From Acutalibacteraceae bacterium (lineage in GTDB: Bacteria; Bacillota; Clostridia; Oscillospirales; Acutalibacteraceae), in the NCBI GenBank assembly GCA_045542355.1, contig JAZQKX010000013.1:4049-68048 (forward strand): a stretch of DNA of 64,000 bases, in the 5' to 3' direction. Numbering within the stretch: the first letter of the stretch is position 1; the number at the start of each line of letters is the position of its first letter. The translations under genes were made by a program, and so were the position numbers. Under the pieces are notes generated by a model. That model was not told the origin of the DNA. It made no database searches and saw nothing but the letters and a program-made list of their open reading frames with translations. Positions 17,934 through 27,282 of the stretch are shown here, in pieces.

Positions 17934-17965
17934 AAATAAAATGTGTTGAAAGGAAATGATATTTT

Positions 17966-19399
17966 ATGACCTATGATGTTGCTATAATCGGCGGCGGTGT
18001 TGTTGGAGGCTTGTTGGCAAGAGAACTGTCCCGCTATAAATCCAGCGTGTGTATATTAGAAAAGGGTAACGACGTTGGATGTGGCGCTACAAAGGCTAAC
18101 AGCGGAATTATTCACGGAGGATATGACCCAGAGCCCGGCACTCTGAAAGCTAAAATGAATTCCAAAGGCGTTGAGTTGATATACCAAGCAGCAAAGGAGC
18201 TGAATGTTCCCGTAAAGAACAACGGTGCTTTAGTTTGCGCATTTTCTTCCGAACAAAATGAAACACTTAAAAAACTTTATTTCAGAGGCTTAGATAATGG
18301 AATTGATGGTATTTCTATTATCAGCGGTGATGAAGCAAGAAAACTTGAGCCAAATCTCTCGGGTGAGGTTACTTCTGCACTTTTGGTAAAAAATTCCGGA
18401 ATAATATCTCCCTATGAACTTTGTATAGCCGCTATTGGTAATGCAATGGACAATGGCGTTGAGCTTATGCGTAATTTTGCGGTTACTGAAATCATCAAGG
18501 AAAACACTGAATATTCAATCGTTTCTGCAGATAATCGTACCGTTAAAGCTAAGTATGTGATTAACTGCGCTGGTTGTTACAGTGACAAAATTGCTAATAT
18601 GGTCGGCGATAATAGCTTTACAATAATACCAAGAGCAGGGGAATATATGCTACTTGATAAAGAAGAGGGTAAGTGCGTCAATCACACTATTTTCCAAGTA
18701 CCGACAGCCAACGGCAAGGGTATCTTGGTTACCCCCACTGCAGAGGGCAATTTACTGCTTGGACCTACCGCTAATGTTGTTGACGAACCTGACTGTACCA
18801 ACACCACCGCAAATAGACTGAGCATGGTAACCACAGGCGCTTTAAAAAGTGTTCCTCAGGTAAAACTCAATAAGGTTATAACTTCTTTTTGTGGTGTGCG
18901 CTCATCTGAAGCCAACGGAGATTTTATAATCAGTGAATCAAAGATAGCTAAAAACTTTGTTAATGTGGCGGCTATCGATTCCCCTGGGCTTACTTCCTCG
19001 GTTGCAATCGCTAAATATGTTGTAGATATTTTGAAGAACTTGGGACTGAACTTGGAAGCTAATACTGAGTTCAACGGGGAAAGAGATAACCCAAATGACT
19101 TTAGAATAATGTCCGACCAAGAAAAAGATGAATACATAAAGAAAAATCCCGCATTCGGTAAAATTATATGCAGATGCGAAGGCGTCAGCGAGGGAGAAAT
19201 TCTTGCCGCTATCAGAAACAATCCTAAGGCTTTAGATGTGGATTCGGTTAAGCGCAGAACAAGGTCAGGAATGGGTAGATGTCAAGGCGGATTTTGTCTC
19301 CCATATATCATTAAATTGATTTCAACTGAAAACAACATCTCTCTTGATGAGGTAACTAAAAACGGAAAGGGCTCTCAGTATCTGACTGGAAAGCTGTAA
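17966..19399 (+). CDS. FAD-dependent glycerol-3-phosphate dehydrogenase/oxidase-like protein with a C-terminal BFD-like [2Fe-2S] domain
   Basis: N-terminal DVAIIGGGVVGG and a C-terminal CRCEGVSEGEI...CQGGFC. Confidence 0.85.
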   Translation: MTYDVAIIGGGVVGGLLARELSRYKSSVCILEKGNDVGCGATKANSGIIHGGYDPEPGTLKAKMNSKGVELIYQAAKELNVPVKNNGALVCAFSSEQNETLKKLYFRGLDNGIDGISIISGDEARKLEPNLSGEVTSALLVKNSGIISPYELCIAAIGNAMDNGVELMRNFAVTEIIKENTEYSIVSADNRTVKAKYVINCAGCYSDKIANMVGDNSFTIIPRAGEYMLLDKEEGKCVNHTIFQVPTANGKGILVTPTAEGNLLLGPTANVVDEPDCTNTTANRLSMVTTGALKSVPQVKLNKVITSFCGVRSSEANGDFIISESKIAKNFVNVAAIDSPGLTSSVAIAKYVVDILKNLGLNLEANTEFNGERDNPNDFRIMSDQEKDEYIKKNPAFGKIICRCEGVSEGEILAAIRNNPKALDVDSVKRRTRSGMGRCQGGFCLPYIIKLISTENNISLDEVTKNGKGSQYLTGKL

Positions 19400-19410
19400 G
19401 AGGTAATAAT

Positions 19411-20664
19411 ATGATTAATTATGATATAGTTGTAATCGGCGGGGGTCCTGCTGGTATGGCAGCAGCATGTTCAGCATACGACAAGGGTGCTAAGAGCATT
19501 GCAATTATCGAGCGTGAGGAAAGTCTCGGCGGCATTCTGAAACAATGCATCCATAATGGTTTCGGATTACATAAGCTCGGAGAGGAATTAACAGGCCCTG
19601 AATATGCAGCTCATTATGCTAAAATGGTTTATGAAAGAGATATTAAAATATATTGCGAAACCATGGTTACATCAATTTCTCATGATAAAATAATAACAGC
19701 ACAAAATAAAGAGGGCATATTAAAAATATCCGCTAAAGCAGTAGTACTTGCATGCGGATGTAGGGAAAGAAGCCGCGGTGCTCTAAATATTGCAGGTACA
19801 CGTCCCGCGGGTGTTTATAGCGCAGGTACTGCCCAAAAGCTTATTAACTGCCACGGATTTTCAGTTGGCAAAAAAGCTGTTATCTTAGGCTCAGGTGATA
19901 TTGGTCTTATAATGGCTCGACGCATGACTTTAGAGGGAGCAGAAGTTAAGGCCGTTTGCGAGGTTATGCCTTATTCAGGAGGCTTGGCAAGAAATATCCA
20001 GCAGTGCCTTAACGACTTTGGTATTCCTTTATATCTTAGCCATACAGTTGTACAAATCCATGGTAAGGACAGGGTAGAAGGAGTAACTATTGCTGAGGTT
20101 GATGAAAACAGAAAGCCTATCCGCGAAACTGAAAGGTATATAGAGTGTGATACCCTGCTTCTGTCAGTTGGCTTGATACCCGAAAATGAATTAGCTCGTA
20201 GTTGCGGTATATCTATGGACCCGATAACAGGTGGAGCCGTGGTTAATAATAGATGTGAGACTTCAATTCCCGGCATTTTCTCCTGTGGTAATGTGCTTCA
20301 GGTTCATGATTTAGTTGACTATGTTTCTGATGAAGCAGAAAAAGCAGGTGAATTTGCAGCAAAGTACGTATCTGATAAATCCACACTTGGTTCCAGAAGT
20401 ATAAAAACCGTTGCAGGAAATGGTATACGATATATACTTCCTCAGGTAATAGAAACAAACGACAATGAAGACGTTACACTGTTTTTCAGAGTCACACAGC
20501 CTTTTAATAGGATTAAAATAAATGTTTCTCACGGTGATAATATATTGACTAACGCTGTAAAGATCAGTGCCGCACCAGGGGAAATGGAAAAGCTGACCAT
20601 AGATAATAATCTTATAAAAGACGTTATGAATGAGATTACTGTAAGCGTGGAGGAAATGGCATGA
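19411..20664 (+). CDS. NAD(P)/FAD-dependent (pyridine nucleotide-disulfide family) oxidoreductase, partner of the GlpA-like protein
   Basis: DIVVIGGGPAGMAAA and a second GSGDIGL dinucleotide motif. Confidence 0.8.
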   Translation: MINYDIVVIGGGPAGMAAACSAYDKGAKSIAIIEREESLGGILKQCIHNGFGLHKLGEELTGPEYAAHYAKMVYERDIKIYCETMVTSISHDKIITAQNKEGILKISAKAVVLACGCRERSRGALNIAGTRPAGVYSAGTAQKLINCHGFSVGKKAVILGSGDIGLIMARRMTLEGAEVKAVCEVMPYSGGLARNIQQCLNDFGIPLYLSHTVVQIHGKDRVEGVTIAEVDENRKPIRETERYIECDTLLLSVGLIPENELARSCGISMDPITGGAVVNNRCETSIPGIFSCGNVLQVHDLVDYVSDEAEKAGEFAAKYVSDKSTLGSRSIKTVAGNGIRYILPQVIETNDNEDVTLFFRVTQPFNRIKINVSHGDNILTNAVKISAAPGEMEKLTIDNNLIKDVMNEITVSVEEMA

Positions 20665-21005
20665 AAAAAGATTTAATTTGCATTATTTGTCCCAGAGGCT
20701 GTAAGTTAACTGTAGATATTGAAGATAGTGAAATTAAGGTCACAGGCAATGCTTGTAAACGTGGTGAGACCTATGCTGTTAACGAGTGTACCAATCCTTT
20801 GCGCACAGTAACTTCTTCTGTAAGAGTTTCTAATAGAGACGGAATGGTTAGCGTTAAAACATTGAATCCCGTGAAAAAAGATGATATACTTAAAGTAATG
20901 GATTCCATCAGGTCAAAAAACGTTGAGGCTCCTATAAAGATTGGAGATATCATAATTAAAGACGTTTGTGGTAGCGATATAGTCGCCACTTCTAATTTCG
21001 ATTAA
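20661..21005 (+). CDS. DUF1667 domain protein (third member of the clostridial glycerol-3-P dehydrogenase trio)
   Basis: 114 aa with CIICPRGC...GNACKRG. An ATGA overlap links it to the preceding gene. Confidence 0.8.
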   Translation: MKKDLICIICPRGCKLTVDIEDSEIKVTGNACKRGETYAVNECTNPLRTVTSSVRVSNRDGMVSVKTLNPVKKDDILKVMDSIRSKNVEAPIKIGDIIIKDVCGSDIVATSNFD

Positions 21006-21141
21006 AAAAGGTTATTTCGAAGATACAGGGGTTGAGGTAACTGACCAACATATGGAATTTATCTTTTAGGATAAATAATTCAATGTGAAAGCAGTCTTTT
21101 GAAGGGTAAAAAAATTAGTGAATAATTTTTTAAAACACCCC

Positions 21142-21170
21142 TTGATTTTCCAATATTGTTGTGATATAAT
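21142..21170 (+). promoter_or_regulatory. SigmaA promoter (extended -10) of rplS
   Basis: TTGATT (21142-21147), a 17-nt spacer, then TGaTATAAT (21162-21170). Confidence 0.6.
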
Positions 21171-21176
21171 ATAGGA

Positions 21177-21294
21177 GCATTTGATTGCACTTGTCCTTAC
21201 AAGTGGGTTCTATGCCGTACATCGACATTGAAGCTGACAGTCCTCTGGTTTATTAAACGTATGAATGTCTGTAAAAATTAAGGAGGAAAATTTG
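21177..21294 (+). promoter_or_regulatory. Structured 5' leader of rplS (possible L19 autoregulatory leader)
   Basis: An approximately 118-nt untranslated leader with hairpin CACTTG (21188-21193) / CAAGTG (21200-21205). L19 leaders are known in Firmicutes, but a match to that model is untested here. Confidence 0.35.
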
Positions 21295-21636
21295 ATGGAT
21301 GCTATTAAGAACTTAACTGCAGGTATGATGAAGGAAGATGCACCTCAGGTTAAAATCGGTCAGACCGTTAAGGTTCATGTAAAGATTCGTGAAGGCGAAA
21401 GAGAGCGTATTCAGGTGTTCGAAGGCACCGTTATTGCTCGTAACAACAGCGGTATTGCCGAGACCTTCACCGTTCGCCGTGTTTCCTATGGCGTAGGTGT
21501 TGAGCGTGTTTTCCCCGTTCACTCTCCCAACGTTGCAAAGGTAGAAGTTGTTCGCAACGGTAGAGTTCGCAGAGCAAAGCTTTATTATCTTCGTGATAGA
21601 GTTGGTAAGGCTTCCAAGCTTAAGGAACAAATGTAA
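21295..21636 (+). CDS. rplS: 50S ribosomal protein L19
   Basis: [30 protein letters not shown]...FTVRR. The start is at ATG 21295, after AAGGAGGA. Confidence 0.93.
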   Translation: MDAIKNLTAGMMKEDAPQVKIGQTVKVHVKIREGERERIQVFEGTVIARNNSGIAETFTVRRVSYGVGVERVFPVHSPNVAKVEVVRNGRVRRAKLYYLRDRVGKASKLKEQM

Positions 21637-21649
21637 TTCATCGTATTCT

Positions 21650-21677
21650 AAAGGGGCAATTCGTTGCCCCTTTGTTT
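21650..21677 (+). terminator. Intrinsic terminator/attenuator after rplS
   Basis: AAAGGGGCAA / TTGCCCCTTT, 10 bp with a TTCG loop, followed by GTTT. Confidence 0.7.
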
Positions 21678-21702
21678 ACTAATTAAAGAGGTTTTAAATT
21701 CA

Positions 21703-22311
21703 ATGAATCATGTCGAAAATGAAGCAGAAGTTACTTCTCACAAGTCCAAATCCAGAATCATAGTCAAAGAAATTTACGAATGGCTCGATGCTGTTGTGAT
21801 TTCTATTATCGCTATAATTATATTATTTACTTTTGTATTTAGAGTAGTGGGAATCAAGGGTGAATCTATGGAAGACACCCTTTTTGAAAACGACCGTGTA
21901 ATAATTTCTAATTTGTTCTACACTCCATCGGCTGGAGATGTAATTGTTATATCCAGAAACTACCTGAATCAAAGCGGAGATTTAAATGAATCCGATTCTC
22001 CAATTATCAAACGCGTTATTGCTACCGAAGGTCAAGAAGTTACTATTGACCCCAAAATAGGCGCTGTATATGTTGACGGTATGCTGTTAACTGAAGATTA
22101 TATCAAGCCTGGCGAGATAACTACCTGGACGGATGGTACAACCGAAGCCCGTACAGTAACAGTTGAAAAGGGTCATATATTTGTTATGGGAGATAACAGA
22201 GGCGATTCTTTGGACAGCAGAGATAGTTCCATAGGTCAGGTAGATGTAAGATATGTTTTGGGACACGCTCTGCTTCGTGTGTATCCTTTTGATTCCATCG
22301 GAGGTTTATAA
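21703..22311 (+). CDS. lepB: Signal peptidase I
   Basis: An N-terminal TM segment, an SM motif (GESMEDTL) and GDNRGDSLDSR. The start is moved to ATG 21703, downstream of the rplS terminator. Confidence 0.85.
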   Translation: MNHVENEAEVTSHKSKSRIIVKEIYEWLDAVVISIIAIIILFTFVFRVVGIKGESMEDTLFENDRVIISNLFYTPSAGDVIVISRNYLNQSGDLNESDSPIIKRVIATEGQEVTIDPKIGAVYVDGMLLTEDYIKPGEITTWTDGTTEARTVTVEKGHIFVMGDNRGDSLDSRDSSIGQVDVRYVLGHALLRVYPFDSIGGL

Positions 22312-22315
22312 TTTT

Positions 22316-23170
22316 ATGTCAGACATGCAAAACATCCAGTGGTTTCCGGGCCACATGGCAAAAACTCGCCGTAAAATTTCGGAAAGCCTGAGCCTTGTTG
22401 ATGCAGTAGTTGAAATAGTAGATTCAAGAATACCCGTCAGCAGCCGCAATCCGGAACTGGCGGGTATAATTAATAAAAAGCCATTGCTGATTGTACTCAA
22501 TAAATCCGATTTGGCAGATTCCTCTGCAAACAGTGAATGGTGCAGTTATTATGAAAAACAAGGTATAAATGCCATTATTGTTGATGCAAAATCAGGTAAA
22601 GGCATAGACGCCTTTAAGGTTAAGATTAAGCATATACTTAAAGATAAATTAGAGCAGTATAAGGCTAAGGGCATTGTTGGAAAAAAGCTCAGAATCATGA
22701 TTGTGGGTATTCCAAATGTGGGCAAGTCTTCCTTTATTAATAAGATTTGCAAGACTAAAAGAGCCAAGGTGGAAGATCGCCCTGGTGTTACCCGTGGTAA
22801 TCAGTGGTACACTGTTGACGAACAGCTTGAGCTTCTTGACACACCTGGTGTTCTTTGGCCAAAGTTTGAGGACCAGACTGTAGGTGAGCATCTGGCTTTT
22901 TGCGGTGCTATAAAGGATGATATAATGGATAAGGAATTACTCGCTATGCGACTGGCTGAATTCCTTGCAACCAACTATCCCGATAAACTAACCGAAAGAT
23001 ATAAAATTTCCGACTTTCAGATGGATTCCTATGACCTATTATGCTCTATCGGTCGTGCCCGTGGTATGGTTATACGTGGCGGTGAAATTGATACAGAACG
23101 CGCCGCCGCCATGCTTTTGGACGAATTCAGAGGCGGAAAGCTTGGTAGAATTTCTATTGAGCGTCCATAA
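22316..23170 (+). CDS. rbgA: Ribosome biogenesis GTPase A (YlqF/RbgA), circularly permuted GTPase
   Basis: N-terminus WFPGHMAK, with NKSDL preceding GIPNVGKSS and DTPG. The start is at ATG 22316. Confidence 0.9.
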   Translation: MSDMQNIQWFPGHMAKTRRKISESLSLVDAVVEIVDSRIPVSSRNPELAGIINKKPLLIVLNKSDLADSSANSEWCSYYEKQGINAIIVDAKSGKGIDAFKVKIKHILKDKLEQYKAKGIVGKKLRIMIVGIPNVGKSSFINKICKTKRAKVEDRPGVTRGNQWYTVDEQLELLDTPGVLWPKFEDQTVGEHLAFCGAIKDDIMDKELLAMRLAEFLATNYPDKLTERYKISDFQMDSYDLLCSIGRARGMVIRGGEIDTERAAAMLLDEFRGGKLGRISIERP

Positions 23171-23193
23171 TATTGTTGAAAGCAGGTGCTTTT

Positions 23194-23796
23194 ATGCCAT
23201 CTTTTGATATTGAAACTGCGGCAAAATCTCAAGGATATAAGTGTGTTTGCGGCGTTGACGAAGCAGGGAGAGGTCCTTTGGCAGGACCTGTTTGCGCTGC
23301 GGCTGTCATCCTGCCTGACGGCTTAGTAATTGACGGCTTGAACGACTCCAAAAAACTCACCGAGAAAAAACGTGAGGCTTTGTTCGATGTTATCAAAGAT
23401 AACGCATTAGCATATTCTATTGCTTTTGGTACAGTTGAAGAGATAGAAAGCATTAATATTTTACAGGCAACCTTTCTTGCTATGAACAGAGCTATTGATG
23501 GTCTAGGCGTAAAACCTGATTTCGCGCTTATTGACGGCAATAAAATCCCCGATGGAATCGGTGTTCCGGCACTATCTGTAGTAAAAGGTGACTCCCTTTC
23601 TTATTCTATTGCTGCCGCTTCGATTCTTGCAAAGGTCACGAGGGACAGACTTATGCTGGAGCTTGGTCCCGAATATGATGTGTATAATTTCAAAAAACAT
23701 AAGGGCTATGGTACTAAAGAGCACATAGAAGCTATTAAAACCTATGGCATAAGTGATATTCACAGACCAAGTTTTTTAACTAAGATTTTAAAATGA
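23194..23796 (+). CDS. rnhB: Ribonuclease HII
   Basis: GVDEAGRGPLAGPV and DSKKL motifs. The start is at ATG 23194. Confidence 0.9.
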   Translation: MPSFDIETAAKSQGYKCVCGVDEAGRGPLAGPVCAAAVILPDGLVIDGLNDSKKLTEKKREALFDVIKDNALAYSIAFGTVEEIESINILQATFLAMNRAIDGLGVKPDFALIDGNKIPDGIGVPALSVVKGDSLSYSIAAASILAKVTRDRLMLELGPEYDVYNFKKHKGYGTKEHIEAIKTYGISDIHRPSFLTKILK

Positions 23797-24179
23797 AAAG
23801 TATCAAAAGGAAAACAGGCGACATAGGAGAGAGAGCAGTATCAAGATATTTGTCTTGTAGATTCTACAGAATAGTTGAACGCAACTTTAACTGTAGGTGG
23901 GGCGAGTTGGATATTGTTGCTAGAAAAGGTAGGTATATCTGTTTTGTTGAGGTCAAAACCAGAGGTAAAAACTCCTTCGGAAGGCCCGCTGATGCCGTTG
24001 ATGCGTATAAGCAATCCAAGATAATAAAAGCCGCTTCTATTTACCTGAAGAAAAACAGCGAATTTACTGATTGTATGCCACGTTTTGATGTTGCTGAGGT
24101 TTATATAACCGATGAGAAACTCAAAATTAATTATATTAAAAATGCTTTCGAGCTTAACGAAAGCAATCACTATTATTAA
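23793..24179 (+). CDS. YraN family (UPF0102) endonuclease-like protein
   Basis: 128 aa with GELDIV...FVEVKTR. It occupies the conserved position after rnhB, with an ATGA overlap. Confidence 0.85.
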   Translation: MKSIKRKTGDIGERAVSRYLSCRFYRIVERNFNCRWGELDIVARKGRYICFVEVKTRGKNSFGRPADAVDAYKQSKIIKAASIYLKKNSEFTDCMPRFDVAEVYITDEKLKINYIKNAFELNESNHYY

Positions 24180-24191
24180 TATTGACGGGAG

Positions 24192-24884
24192 GTGGTCGCA
24201 ATAGCTATATTTGGTATTTCAGATTTGCATTTGTCTCTTTCGGCTGACAAACCAATGGATATTTTCCGAGGCTGGGATAACTATGTAGAAAGATTGACCG
24301 CCCACTGGAGCCAAATAGTGTCACCAGAGGATACAGTAGTAATACCAGGGGATATTTCTTGGGCGCTTAAATTAGAGGACGCATATAAAGATTTTGAGTT
24401 TATTAATAACCTTAGCGGCACCAAGATAATTCTCAAAGGCAACCATGATTTATGGTGGTCCACCACCAATAAAATGAATAATTTTTTGAATGAGAATAAT
24501 TTTGATACCATCAAGTTTGTGTTCAATTCCGCAATACCTGTTGGTGAGTATGTTGTATGTGGCTCTCGCGGATGGTTTTTTGATGATAAAGAGCATTCGC
24601 AAAAAATTATTATGAGAGAGGCCGGAAGACTGGCCACATCCCTCTCAAAAGCTGAGGAAACCGGTCTTAAGCCTTTAGTATTTCTACACTATCCTGTGGT
24701 GTATAAAGATCAGGTATGTCATGAGTTTCTTGATGTTTTGCTAAAGCATAATGTGAAAGAGGTTTGGTACGGTCATATCCACGGAGCGGGAAAACAACCC
24801 TCGACAGTTAGTTGCAATGGTATAGATTTCCACTTAATTACCTGTGATTCTATTGATTTTTCACCAATTATTATCAGACGATAG
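24192..24884 (+). CDS. Metallophosphoesterase family protein
   Basis: ISDLHL, GDISWA, GNHDLWW and GHIHG motifs are present. Confidence 0.75.
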   Translation: MVAIAIFGISDLHLSLSADKPMDIFRGWDNYVERLTAHWSQIVSPEDTVVIPGDISWALKLEDAYKDFEFINNLSGTKIILKGNHDLWWSTTNKMNNFLNENNFDTIKFVFNSAIPVGEYVVCGSRGWFFDDKEHSQKIIMREAGRLATSLSKAEETGLKPLVFLHYPVVYKDQVCHEFLDVLLKHNVKEVWYGHIHGAGKQPSTVSCNGIDFHLITCDSIDFSPIIIRR

Positions 24885-25013
24885 CCTTGAAAATAGATGA
24901 TTTAGTAGAAATTTCTAAAAATTGAAAATTTTTTAAAATTATTATGGAAATTTACGGCGAACTATGTTATAGTATTTGTTGTATATTGATGTTTATATGG
25001 AGGTAAATAAACA

Positions 25014-26591
25014 ATGAGTTTAAAAGGTTCAAAAAAGGTTGATACTAATCGTTATGAATTAGAGGTTACTATCGACGCTGAAAGCTTTCAAAATGCAATT
25101 AGAGAGGCATACCGCAAGAACGGTAAGAAAATCAATGTTCCCGGTTTTAGAAAGGGTAAGGCTCCTCTCAGCATAATCGAAAAGTTCTACGGCGAAGAAG
25201 TTTTCTATGAAGATGCTCTCAACCTTATTTATTCCGATGCTTTGGATGCGGCTATCACCGAGGCTGGTTTAAAATTCGTTGAGGACAAGATTGACTTTGA
25301 CCTTGTTTCCATCAGCAAGGCTGAGGGTGTTGAGTTTAAAGCAACTATCACCACATACCCCGAGGTTGAATTGGCTAACTACAAGGGCTTGAAGGTTGAA
25401 AAGGTTATGCCAGTTGTTACCGACGCTGAGGTTGATGAAGAAATCGGCAGAATGGCTGACCGTAACGCTCGTGTTGTTGCTGTTGAAGACAGAGCTGCCG
25501 AGAATGGCGATATCACCACCATCGACTTTGAGGGCTTCGTTGACGGCGTTCCATTTGACGGAGGTAAGGCAGAGGGTCATACTCTGACTCTCGGCTCCAA
25601 TCAGTTTATCCCTGGATTTGAAGATCAGATTATTGGTCACAATGTTGGCGACGAATTTGATGTTAATGTTGAGTTCCCCGCAGAGTATCATGCAGAGAAT
25701 CTTGCCGGTAAACCCGCTGTATTCAAGGTTAAGCTCCATGAAATCAAGAAACGTGAGCTTCCCGAAATCGACGACGAGTTTGCAAAGGATGTAAGTGAAT
25801 TTGATACACTTGCTGACTTAAAGGCCGATTTAAAAGCCAAGACTCTTGAGAGAAAAACCGCTACTGCCGACGAACAGGTTGAAAACGATCTTATCGATCA
25901 GCTTATCGACGGAATGAAGGCAGAAATCCCCGAGGCTATGTTTGAGCGCAGAGTTGATGAAAGCCTCCGCGATTTTGACTACAGACTCCAGTCCCAGGGT
26001 ATGAACCTTGAAACCTATATGAAATATATGGGCGGAGCAAGTATTGAAGATTTCAGAAGCAATTTCCGTCCTCAGGCAGAGCGTTCTGTTAAGGTTAGAC
26101 TTGCTCTTGAGAAAATTGTCGAGCTTGAAAACATCGTTCCTAACGAGGAAGATATTAACGCTGAGTTCGACAAACTTGCTAAGCAGTACAACATGGAAGC
26201 CGATAAGATTAAGGCTATGATTCCTGAATCTGAATTGGTTAAGGATATTGCTGTTTCTAAGGCTATTGCTCTTGTTAAAGACAGCGCAGAGATAAAGGAA
26301 GTTGAGAAGAAGTCTGAGACCGCAGCTAAGAAGCCTGCCGCTAAGAAAACAGCTTCTAAATCTACTGCTTCTAAATCCACCGCTACCAAGTCTACAACCA
26401 CAAAGAAGTCTACTTCTACTGCTAAGAAGACTGCTGAGGGTGAAACCGCCGCTAAGAAGCCTGCTGCTGAGAAGACAACTTCTACAACTAAGAAAGCTGC
26501 TGACGGTGAGAAAAAACCTGCTGCTAAGAAGACTACAACCACCAAGAAAACTACAACTAAAAAGGCAACTGAAGAAAATAAAGCTGAATAA
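25014..26591 (+). CDS. tig: Trigger factor with an approximately 95-aa Lys/Ala/Thr/Ser-rich C-terminal extension
   Basis: N-terminal ribosome-binding motif GFRKGKAP, a central FKBP PPIase region (GF...FIPGFE), and a low-complexity tail from about aa 431. Confidence 0.92.
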   Translation: MSLKGSKKVDTNRYELEVTIDAESFQNAIREAYRKNGKKINVPGFRKGKAPLSIIEKFYGEEVFYEDALNLIYSDALDAAITEAGLKFVEDKIDFDLVSISKAEGVEFKATITTYPEVELANYKGLKVEKVMPVVTDAEVDEEIGRMADRNARVVAVEDRAAENGDITTIDFEGFVDGVPFDGGKAEGHTLTLGSNQFIPGFEDQIIGHNVGDEFDVNVEFPAEYHAENLAGKPAVFKVKLHEIKKRELPEIDDEFAKDVSEFDTLADLKADLKAKTLERKTATADEQVENDLIDQLIDGMKAEIPEAMFERRVDESLRDFDYRLQSQGMNLETYMKYMGGASIEDFRSNFRPQAERSVKVRLALEKIVELENIVPNEEDINAEFDKLAKQYNMEADKIKAMIPESELVKDIAVSKAIALVKDSAEIKEVEKKSETAAKKPAAKKTASKSTASKSTATKSTTTKKSTSTAKKTAEGETAAKKPAAEKTTSTTKKAADGEKKPAAKKTTTTKKTTTKKATEENKAE

Positions 26592-26648
26592 TTGATTATA
26601 ATTAATCAAATTTGTTCATAATTATTTCTGCAAAGGGAGGTAACCGAC

Positions 26649-27236
26649 ATGGATATGAATTTAGTACCTTATGTTTTAGAGCAGACAAGTCGCGGAGAAC
26701 GCTCTTATGATATCTTTTCCCGTCTTCTTAACGACCGTATCATCATGCTTTACGATCAGGTGGACAACGCATCAGCAAGCATCATAATAGCTCAGCTTCT
26801 GTATCTTGAGAGTCAGGATCCTGAAAAAGATATATCTTTCTATATCAATAGCCCTGGTGGCTCTGTGTCTGCAGGTATGGCTATCTATGACACAATGAAC
26901 TACATCAAGTGTGATGTTAGCACAATTTGCATGGGCATGGCAGCAAGTATGGGCGCATTCTTACTTGCCGCTGGAGCTAAGGGCAAACGTTATGCCTTAC
27001 CTAACAGTGAAATTATGATACATCAGCCTTTGGGTTCGGCAGAGGGTCAGGCAACCGACATACTGATTCATGCTAACCATATTAAGCATATTCGTGAGAA
27101 TATCAACAACATTCTTGCAGATGCTACAGGTAAGCCCATCGAGGTTATCCAGCGTGACACCGAGCGTGATAATTTTATGACAGCTAAGGAAGCCGCAGAT
27201 TACGGTCTTATCGATAAGGTTATTACTTCAAGATAA
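26649..27236 (+). CDS. clpP: ATP-dependent Clp protease proteolytic subunit
   Basis: [21 protein letters not shown] and IMIHQP motifs are present. An alternative start is ATG 26655. Confidence 0.93.
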   Translation: MDMNLVPYVLEQTSRGERSYDIFSRLLNDRIIMLYDQVDNASASIIIAQLLYLESQDPEKDISFYINSPGGSVSAGMAIYDTMNYIKCDVSTICMGMAASMGAFLLAAGAKGKRYALPNSEIMIHQPLGSAEGQATDILIHANHIKHIRENINNILADATGKPIEVIQRDTERDNFMTAKEAADYGLIDKVITSR

Positions 27237-27241
27237 CTTTT

Positions 27242-27277
27242 AAGGTAGTCAAGTCTTTAGGCTTGACTACCTTGTTT
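27242..27277 (+). terminator. Hairpin (attenuator/terminator) between clpP and clpX
   Basis: AAGGTAGTCAAG / CTTGACTACCTT, 12 perfect bp, followed by GTTT. Confidence 0.55.
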
Positions 27278-27282
27278 ATGTA

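Noticed and set aside
24948-24961. 14-mer AAATTTACGGCGAA shared between the tig upstream region (24948-24961) and the mazF upstream region (38520-38533), considered as a possible common regulatory box
   Set aside because: A single 14-nt match within 64 kb of AT-rich DNA is within chance expectation. Several matches are expected from about 2e9 position pairs. The flanks do not align and the match has no dyad symmetry.
25830-26609. 259-aa and 157-aa minus-strand ORFs and a 97-aa plus-strand ORF over the 3' part of tig
   Set aside because: These low-complexity Leu/Ser/Phe-rich translations are generated by the antisense or alternative frame of the Lys/Ala/Thr repeat region of trigger factor.
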